Shown here one piece after another: positions 57,845-64,000 of a stretch of 64,000 bases of DNA; the stretch's first letter is position 1; the number at the start of each line of letters is the position of its first letter. Source of the stretch: Candidatus Omnitrophota bacterium. Its GTDB lineage: Bacteria; Omnitrophota; Gorgyraeia; JABMRN01; RBG-13-46-9. The DNA is taken from contig JABMQJ010000001.1 of assembly GCA_013203315.1 (NCBI GenBank), forward strand, positions 1 through 64,000, read 5' to 3'. The notes below the pieces were generated by a model, which made no database searches, had not been told where the DNA came from, and worked only from the letters and a program-made list of their open reading frames with translations. Both the position numbers and the translations under genes were made by a program.

Positions 57845-58097
57845 TTTTTTAACTCCGTTCTAAAGTGGGTAAAAAAAATACCCCTCACACACGGTGTGCC
57901 TTGTATATACAAGTGTACCATAAATTAAAGGGTCTTGTGGGGGGAAATATCTTACTTTTTTATAGCCTAACAAGGTTAAGTGGCATTAGGAATTATTCTA
58001 GGGACGGTTCTCGCTAAGTCTTTTATTTACAGTTGGTTGCGGATTGCTTCATCTACTCTTGTACCGTTTCGGGCGCTCTTGGGGGTGTCCTGCTTGT

Positions 58098-58331
58098 TCA
58101 CTTCCCCTTTGACCCTCTAATTGCCCAGAGGATAAGACGGATAAGTAAATAGACGGGGTATCCGAGAAGCATAAACATGAACGCGAATGTGACTATTTGC
58201 TGACCGGCTTGTTCACCAACTATTGCAAACTCGGTCATACGCAGGGCAAATATGACAATTGCGGATATGACCACGATGCCGAGCAATATGAGCCCTTCCT
58301 TCTTTATGATTTTTTTTATACCATCTTTCAT
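58098..58331 (-). CDS. Small 2-TM membrane protein
   Basis: AGGAGA RBS, two hydrophobic helices. Confidence 0.7.
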   Translation of the reverse strand: MKDGIKKIIKKEGLILLGIVVISAIVIFALRMTEFAIVGEQAGQQIVTFAFMFMLLGYPVYLLIRLILWAIRGSKGK

Positions 58332-58433
58332 CCAGACATCTCCTTGCCTGCCGGCAGGCAGACTTTAATTAGGCCCCAGGGACAGTTCTTAATCTGTCCC
58401 TTGCCTGAACCGTTCCTATTTTCAATTTTTGAC

Positions 58434-58661
58434 TTACAGCTCGAACTTGCTTTTATCTACTCTCGCGGTTTTAGAAAATTTTTCTTTAACACCATCCAGA
58501 GTATCCTGGAGAGCCTTAAATATTTTCTCCACCTCTTCCGGCGTGGATTCGTAACCGGCACCCGATAAATTACCCAACAGTTCTATCTTCTTTATCGCAT
58601 TCGTTACCCTCTGCGTCGCGAGTCTTTTAAACTTATCATGTTTGCTTTCAGATTCTGCCAT
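58434..58661 (-). CDS. Small helical hypothetical protein
   Basis: AGGAGG RBS; KFKRLA..R...I.LLGNLS...YE...EEV.KIF.A pattern. Confidence 0.8.
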   Translation of the reverse strand: MAESESKHDKFKRLATQRVTNAIKKIELLGNLSGAGYESTPEEVEKIFKALQDTLDGVKEKFSKTARVDKSKFEL

Positions 58662-58754
58662 ATTTTCCTCCTTTTTTTAAAATCGTTATTGTTTAGCTTT
58701 CGACCGTTTCAGAATCCGGAAATTCTTATCAGCTCGTGCATATCTTCCTCCTAT

Positions 58755-59267
58755 CTAATTTTCGGTTACATGCTCGATTACGCTGCTTTTTGCGATGTCA
58801 CCCGGGGATGTAGTGTCTGCTGTCGGGACTTCTGGGACTATGTCGAGCCCGCCGGAGTTGAAAGCCTCGTAGCAGAGCTCCGAACAGAAATAATCTTTAT
58901 CCTTTTGCCACGTATTGGCGATATCTTCAAAGGGGAGTTTAAGCTTTGAGAGAAGTTTTAAAAAACCCAGAAAAAATACGCCAAGGTAGTCATATTTATT
59001 GTTTAACGCGTCTACTAAATACGATATTGTGTTGTTTATATCAAAGCTATGCCCTTCTTTTATTCTATAAACATCATAGCCCTGTTTTATTTTCCTTATA
59101 TCACGGGCCCTTACGCCGCCTTTTGTTATCGCTTCTATCACAAGATTCATTTCCGGGGATACACAAACAGCGACGTGTGAATATTTACTACCAGTTCCCC
59201 ACTGTATGATCTTAGATATCCCGTCTTCTCCTTCAAATAAAAGTATATCGCCGGTTTTCATCTGCAT
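58755..59267 (-). CDS. Permuted papain-like NlpC/P60 enzyme (YiiX/YebB-like)
   Basis: GDILLF, YSHVA, YDY, YFCSEL, SPGD. Confidence 0.88.
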   Translation of the reverse strand: MQMKTGDILLFEGEDGISKIIQWGTGSKYSHVAVCVSPEMNLVIEAITKGGVRARDIRKIKQGYDVYRIKEGHSFDINNTISYLVDALNNKYDYLGVFFLGFLKLLSKLKLPFEDIANTWQKDKDYFCSELCYEAFNSGGLDIVPEVPTADTTSPGDIAKSSVIEHVTEN

Positions 59268-59269
59268 AA

Positions 59270-59935
59270 TTAAAACAATAGTTTTATTTTTGTGCCCAGC
59301 ACGTTATAGCTTATCCAATGCTTGGACTTCTTGCTGAATTGCCAGAGATAAAATACGTCCAGGCTTAAGTTTTTTATGATTTTAAAGTTGGCGCCTGCGT
59401 AGAGCCTGTTTCTGTTTAGTTCGCCCGCATCGAAATCAACAAATACCTCATCAGCTACATACGGCGTAAATTTAAACTGGTCTAGTTCCAGCGGATACCC
59501 CACCGTAAATTTATTTCTATAGCGCCACTTGGTGTTGGAATTTTCGGGCATTCTCCACTCCAACCTACCACGATTACTCAACGAAAAACCATCTGTCTTA
59601 TGTTTAAGCGTGGCATTAAAGTGCGGCCTGTTTTCATATTCCCAACCGTTACTTCCCTCTTCAAAAGCCAAGCGATAGTTAACCCCTACATCGAGCCATT
59701 CGGCGAGACCCGCATACGTTACCCCTACATCAGAATGCTGATAATAAAAATCGCTTACGCCGTCTCCGAACCGAAATTCTTCTTCTACTTTTATTTTCCA
59801 GTCCTCATTTATTTTATATGATATATTTTCCGTGTTCCAATACTGAAAATCACCGTCATCAAAAGCAAAACATGCGCCTGATAAAAACAATATTACAGTT
59901 AAAGCAACAAAGAAAATCTTTCCCCGATTCGACAT
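59270..59935 (-). CDS. Outer-membrane beta-barrel protein (DUF2490-like)
   Basis: Signal peptide, E.RP, R.RLE.R, RYRN, E.F, RNRLY.G, terminal F. Confidence 0.82.
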   Translation of the reverse strand: MSNRGKIFFVALTVILFLSGACFAFDDGDFQYWNTENISYKINEDWKIKVEEEFRFGDGVSDFYYQHSDVGVTYAGLAEWLDVGVNYRLAFEEGSNGWEYENRPHFNATLKHKTDGFSLSNRGRLEWRMPENSNTKWRYRNKFTVGYPLELDQFKFTPYVADEVFVDFDAGELNRNRLYAGANFKIIKNLSLDVFYLWQFSKKSKHWISYNVLGTKIKLLF

Positions 59936-59952
59936 TTTCTCCAGTTTCCTCC

Positions 59953-61170
59953 TTATTTTAGTTCGTATAAAAATACCTTATCGTTACGACGGGCCTTGAA
60001 GGGTAGCTTTATACCCACCCGGTCGCCTTTTTTCGCGGAATCCACGGGGATTTCGTCTTTGTGCATTTCATCTATTTTCGCAACTCTGGCGGGGGTGGTT
60101 TTTCCGCAAATTAATACGTTCTGGCCTTTCTTGATGCCATTATCTATTACAGATACTCCCGCAACATTCACTTTGTTGTAGAAATTAATAACCTTTCCCA
60201 CAAAAAGCTTATTGTAGGCGCTCTGCCCCTTTTTGCTGCCGGTATCATTGGGTTGCGAGAAGAAGAAGCCGTCTGTAAAACCCCTGTTATACGTAAGCGA
60301 GAGCCTAATTTTAAGCGCTTTTTTACTTTTCGGGTCAAGCTTGCCGGCGAAAAAAGAATCTATCGCTTCCCTGTAAACGGCAGTAACCTCCCCCACGTAT
60401 TCGGCCGAACGCATACGGCCTTCTATCTTAAAAGCGCTTATACCGGACTCTATTAGTTTATCAATAAACTCAATAGTGCACAAATCCTTTGTGCTCAACA
60501 CGTAATCGGTACCTAAAACGTAATCGTTTTCTTTATCTCTGGTATCTTTGATTAAAAATGCGCGCCTGCACGGCTGGAGGCACATGCCGCGGTTTGCTGA
60601 TTTTGAAAATGAAGCGTGCGAAAGAAAACATCTGCCGGATATGCTGACGCATAAGGCCCCGTGGATAAAAGTTTCTATTTCACAATCCAATTTTTCTTTC
60701 TTTACATTTTTAATTATTTCTTTTATATCCGAAAGATTGCACTCCCTGGCAAGAACGATTCTTTTTACGCCTTGGGAATGGTAAAATTTGAGCGCGGTGA
60801 AATTGGCGACACTTGCCTGTGTTGAGAGGTGGGTTTTTAGTTTCAGGTCTTTTGCGTATTGTAGTGCCGCCATGTCCCAGAGCATGACAGCGTCAACATT
60901 GGCTTTCTTGGCATTTTCTAAAATTTTCTTTATCTTTTTCATGTCGCTATTATACATGATGGTATTAAGCGCAAGATAACCCTTCTTCCCGTTATCGTGA
61001 AGACGCGACATTACCTTTTTTATTTCGAGCATATCAAAATTAGCGGCCCAGTGCCGCATGTTTAAATTCTTTATGCCGAAATATACGCTATCTGCGCCGG
61101 CTTCTATCGCCGTATTTAAAGCGCACCAATCCCCTGCCGGGGATATTAGTTCCGGTTTTTTGTGCTTCAT
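59953..61170 (-). CDS. U32 family protein (RNA hydroxylation, TrhP/RlhA-like)
   Basis: ELISPAG, GADSVY, HLSTQ, FIHGALC.SISGRC, NRG.C.QPCR, KIEGRM. Confidence 0.92.
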   Translation of the reverse strand: MKHKKPELISPAGDWCALNTAIEAGADSVYFGIKNLNMRHWAANFDMLEIKKVMSRLHDNGKKGYLALNTIMYNSDMKKIKKILENAKKANVDAVMLWDMAALQYAKDLKLKTHLSTQASVANFTALKFYHSQGVKRIVLARECNLSDIKEIIKNVKKEKLDCEIETFIHGALCVSISGRCFLSHASFSKSANRGMCLQPCRRAFLIKDTRDKENDYVLGTDYVLSTKDLCTIEFIDKLIESGISAFKIEGRMRSAEYVGEVTAVYREAIDSFFAGKLDPKSKKALKIRLSLTYNRGFTDGFFFSQPNDTGSKKGQSAYNKLFVGKVINFYNKVNVAGVSVIDNGIKKGQNVLICGKTTPARVAKIDEMHKDEIPVDSAKKGDRVGIKLPFKARRNDKVFLYELK

Positions 61171-61895
61171 TACATGGCTCGGGCGAGGTTATTTAGCTTT
61201 TCGCGTATGAGCTCTCTTAGGCGTGCATAGTCTTCGATTTTGTAAGGCGTTGTATCGATCGGCGGCAGAACGGTGAGTTTGCCGGATACTTTTGTTTTAA
61301 AAACCCAGCTACCCTTGGGGATCGCTTCCCTTGTGCCGCCCATAAAAACAGGAAGAATGGGTTTGCCTTCCCTTATGGCTAGCTTGAAGGCCCCATTCTG
61401 GAATTCGTTCATGTCGTCTGTATCACTGCGTGTGCCTTCCGGGAAAAAGAGTACCGACTTACCTTCCCTTAACTTCTGGGCCGCGGCCCTATACACTTTT
61501 TTAATGCTCGCAAAGTCTCCCCTGTTTAGCAAAATATGGTTATTGACCCTGAGAAGGCCTCCGATAAACGGAACCTTAAGGAGGTTTTTTTTGGCCACCC
61601 ATTTGAATTGCGTGCGTATTTTGTATATTAGGACAATATCGGCAAGACTCTGGTGATTGGCAACTATGACATATGTTTTTTTGTGGTCAATATTCTCTAA
61701 TCCGCTTACCTCCAGATTCCAATAAGGATTTAAGGATACCAAGGCATCCGACCACCAGAAGCACTGCGCGTGGACTATTTTTTCTCGCTTGTCAGGCGGA
61801 AAAGGCATCTTCGACAGGACCCGGCTCACAAAAATCACAGTCGCGGTAAGGATAGTGCCCACGACCCATATCACGATTGATATTATAAATCTCAT
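61170..61895 (-). CDS. plsC: 1-acyl-sn-glycerol-3-phosphate acyltransferase
   Basis: NHQSLAD, FFPEGTRS. Confidence 0.93.
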   Translation of the reverse strand: MRFIISIVIWVVGTILTATVIFVSRVLSKMPFPPDKREKIVHAQCFWWSDALVSLNPYWNLEVSGLENIDHKKTYVIVANHQSLADIVLIYKIRTQFKWVAKKNLLKVPFIGGLLRVNNHILLNRGDFASIKKVYRAAAQKLREGKSVLFFPEGTRSDTDDMNEFQNGAFKLAIREGKPILPVFMGGTREAIPKGSWVFKTKVSGKLTVLPPIDTTPYKIEDYARLRELIREKLNNLARAM

Positions 61896-61898
61896 AGG

Positions 61899-62363
61899 TT
61901 ATCTTGATATCTTCAATATCTTATATTTCAGGGTCCCAGCGGGAACCTGAATTTCAACGATTTCCTTTACCTTGTGGCCCAATAGGCCCTTACCTACCGG
62001 GGAAGTTACGGAAATCTTGTTTTGCGCGAAATCTGCCTCTAATTCGGCTACCAGCATATATTCAAGTTCTTCCCCCGAATCCATATCTTTTAGTTTAACT
62101 GTTGCGCCGATAAGCGCCTCGTCTTTGGCAATTTTTGTATCATCGAGTATTTGCGAGCTGGCTAATTTCCCTTCTAATTCGGCGATTCTTTTCTCATTCA
62201 TCCCCTGCGCGTCTTTGGCCGCGTCATATTCGGCGTTTTCGCTTATATCTCCGTGCGCGCGCGCCTCCCCTATCGCCTTGGACAACTTTCGGCGCTTGGT
62301 TGTTTTCAGGGTCTCGAGTTTCTTTCTAAGCTTCTCATATCCTTCGGGCGTTAAATAAGACAT
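61899..62363 (-). CDS. greA: Transcription elongation factor GreA
   Basis: ARAHGDISENAEYDAAK, IS..SPVG..LLG. Confidence 0.97.
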   Translation of the reverse strand: MSYLTPEGYEKLRKKLETLKTTKRRKLSKAIGEARAHGDISENAEYDAAKDAQGMNEKRIAELEGKLASSQILDDTKIAKDEALIGATVKLKDMDSGEELEYMLVAELEADFAQNKISVTSPVGKGLLGHKVKEIVEIQVPAGTLKYKILKISR

Positions 62364-62376
62364 TTTTTCTCCCTTT

Positions 62377-62724
62377 TTATTTTTTTATAAACGCAATTTT
62401 TACGGTAGTATGGGTGTCATCCTGCCAGGGCCAAAACATCGCTATTATAGTACCGTCTTCAAACTCTTTCTTAAAAAGTGTCTGATTATCAAAAACACCG
62501 CCACACTCTTGTGTAATGCGCACGTCTTCTTTTGTGGGTTTTACCTTTGCGGGTTTTGTCGCAGGCCCCAAAATACCGGTAAGCATCTTTTCCCATTTAT
62601 TTATTTCATCGGTAGCTACGACATATTCGCAATATTCGTCGTTTACTGTGCGTTTTTCGAAAATATCAAGCGTCTTAGATTTTTCAATGATTTCTTTTAG
62701 CATGTTATCCGCTTTTTCTGCCAT
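62377..62724 (-). CDS. Hypothetical protein
   Basis: GAGGAG RBS; GGV..NQTL, MFWPW motif. Confidence 0.75.
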   Translation of the reverse strand: MAEKADNMLKEIIEKSKTLDIFEKRTVNDEYCEYVVATDEINKWEKMLTGILGPATKPAKVKPTKEDVRITQECGGVFDNQTLFKKEFEDGTIIAMFWPWQDDTHTTVKIAFIKK

Positions 62725-62742
62725 ATAAAGCGCTCCTCTTGT

Positions 62743-63162
62743 TTACTCGCCGATCAGCTTAACGAGGATGCGTTTCCGGCGGCGTCCGTCAAATTCACCG
62801 TAGAAGATCTGCTCCCACGGCCCGAAATCAAATTTACCTTTAGTAACAGCGACGACTACCTCGCGCCCCATTATGGTTCTTTTAAGATGCGCGTCGGCGT
62901 TGTCTTCGCCGGTAAGATTATGCTTATATTGCGAGATAGGCGCGTGTGGGGCAAGTTTTTCGAGCCACTTTTCAAAATCTGCGTGAAGGCCTTTTTCGTC
63001 ATCGTTTATAAAAACGCTCGCTGTTATGTGCATTGTGTTTACAAGGCACAGGCCTTCTTTTATGCCACTTTTTCGTAGGATCTCTTCAGCCTCGGGGGTT
63101 ATGTTTATAAACTCTCTCTCGTTTTTCGTATTAACCCAAAGGTATTCGGTATGTGTCTTCAT
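62743..63162 (-). CDS. yjbQ: YjbQ/UPF0047 family protein
   Basis: [29 protein letters not shown]. Confidence 0.93.
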   Translation of the reverse strand: MKTHTEYLWVNTKNEREFINITPEAEEILRKSGIKEGLCLVNTMHITASVFINDDEKGLHADFEKWLEKLAPHAPISQYKHNLTGEDNADAHLKRTIMGREVVVAVTKGKFDFGPWEQIFYGEFDGRRRKRILVKLIGE

Positions 63163-63195
63163 GTATACTAATTATACCCCTAAAAATAAATAGCC

Positions 63196-64000
63196 TCAAG
63201 ATTTATCTAAGGTTTCGTCGAACCAATCGAGTATTAACTTTCTTAGCTTATCGGGATAGAATTGAACAAGCCTTTCCGCATGAAGGCCGTTTTCTATTAT
63301 TTCTATTTTTTTGTAAGTCGGCGCCGCATTGTAAAGCGTTTCGGAATGATAGTCTTTAATAATCCAGTCTTTGTCCCCGTGTATGAAAAACATCGGCGTA
63401 CGCTTTACTAAGGTTATCGTATCAATGGGTTTTTTCTTCGGAAGAAAAATGTGATCAACCCTTGCGCCCTTTCCTTCCCATTTACAATCGATATTGTCTT
63501 TTAAATCTGATAGCATCCCGGGTTCCCAGAAGTGAAAGTTCACACCCTTAAAACTCGAGGGACAACTTATCAGTATCATGCTATCCACGTCATCTCTTTC
63601 GGAGACAGCGTTTATTGAGGAAGCGGCGCCCAATGAAAAGGCTAATATGCCTATTTTTTTGTATCCTTCAAGTTTTGCGTAATCCAATATAGCGTTAATA
63701 TCCAAATGTTCCCGGGCCCCCCACGAGTATTTTCCCGTGCTCTTTCCGTGCCCCCTTAAATCAAATATTATGACATCGTGTTCGGACAAGAGTAAATCGA
63801 CGGTCTTCCGCATCCATCGATTTTCCATGCTGTTATAGAACCCCGGGCATACTACAATTACAGAGTCGAATTCATTTTTGTACTGCTCGTAAGCAATTGT
63901 AATATTATCTTCCGTATAAAGCGTGCCGCTTGTGCAGTTCGGGTTACTCTCCGCATACGCACTTAAAGATAACGTTACTATTGCAAGTATAATTATTATC
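63196..64000 (-). CDS. Exported alpha/beta hydrolase (5' end beyond window)
   Basis: Frame stays open upstream of 63828 (IIIILAIVTLSLSAYAES...CPGFYNS); FDLRGHGKS, AFSLG, IHGDKD, GLH. Confidence 0.88.
   Translation of the reverse strand, partial: IIIILAIVTLSLSAYAESNPNCTSGTLYTEDNITIAYEQYKNEFDSVIVVCPGFYNSMENRWMRKTVDLLLSEHDVIIFDLRGHGKSTGKYSWGAREHLDINAILDYAKLEGYKKIGILAFSLGAASSINAVSERDDVDSMILISCPSSFKGVNFHFWEPGMLSDLKDNIDCKWEGKGARVDHIFLPKKKPIDTITLVKRTPMFFIHGDKDWIIKDYHSETLYNAAPTYKKIEIIENGLHAERLVQFYPDKLRKLILDWFDETLDKS

Larger units (their letters stand above)
46275..58096. repeat. Hairpin repeat family B, 4 copies (46275-46299, 46750-46791, 52483-52524, 58071-58096)
   Basis: Consensus GGCRCTCTTRRGKGTGYCCTGCTT; three copies lie at or overlap minus-strand gene 3' ends. 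Confidence 0.85.
46999..58720. repeat. Junction repeat family A, 9 copies starting at 46999, 48614, 49115, 49560, 50863, 51539, 53035, 58054, 58694
   Basis: Consensus TAYYYTTCGACCGTTTCAGAATCTRAA, often followed by a CCTGCCTGCCGGCAGG-like hairpin; all direct, all intergenic. Confidence 0.88.

Noticed and set aside
46999-58720. CRISPR array or canonical integron
   Set aside because: Spacing between repeats is 0.4-5 kb and contains whole genes; no cas or intI gene; no RYYYAAC...GTTRRRY attC structure.
46999-58720. Repeat A as an ECF promoter (GGAGTT...GTCGAA on minus) or a tRNA T-arm remnant
   Set aside because: The would-be spacer is short and is the most conserved part, unlike a promoter; GTTCAGAT lacks the invariant T-loop A and no acceptor stem is evident.
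23-63359. Many plus-strand ORFs in the track, plus 44384-44956 on minus
   Set aside because: They are antisense shadows of well-supported genes, with no recognisable motifs.

Overview
Bacterial window (about 40-45% GC by eye) with almost all genes on the minus strand. The gene content suggests an anaerobe of the PVC group, possibly Omnitrophota (inference, not a database result). Layout: (i) 1-7.7 kb: coiled-coil envelope proteins, ZIP transporter, eukaryote-like hexokinase, a PurF lacking the catalytic Cys, NH3-type NadE, a His-rich metal transporter and a cupin. (ii) 7.8-24.3 kb: a Rex-headed operon for a group 4 [NiFe]-hydrogenase with a full Mrp-type antiporter module, a HydBG/AsrAB-like NAD(P)H module and a stripped-down maturation set (HypA without Zn finger, Kae1-only HypF, no HypB); two tandem Rex boxes sit on its promoter. 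(iii) 24.3-33.4 kb: an oxidative-stress/Fe-S operon containing an Rrf2 regulator. (iv) 33.4-38.2 kb: an ArsS radical SAM / TIGR04282 / TIGR04283 cluster without arsM, headed by an unannotated 27-aa Cys-containing peptide and sharing a 23-bp palindromic operator with (iii). (v) 38.2-46.2 kb: csoR-cusCBA and nifS-nifU. (vi) 46.3-59.3 kb: an accessory region of unrelated, mostly co-oriented units separated by nine copies of a conserved junction repeat plus a second hairpin repeat, resembling a non-canonical gene-cassette array. (vii) 59.3-64 kb: housekeeping genes. No rRNA, tRNA, CRISPR array, integrase or transposase was recognised.
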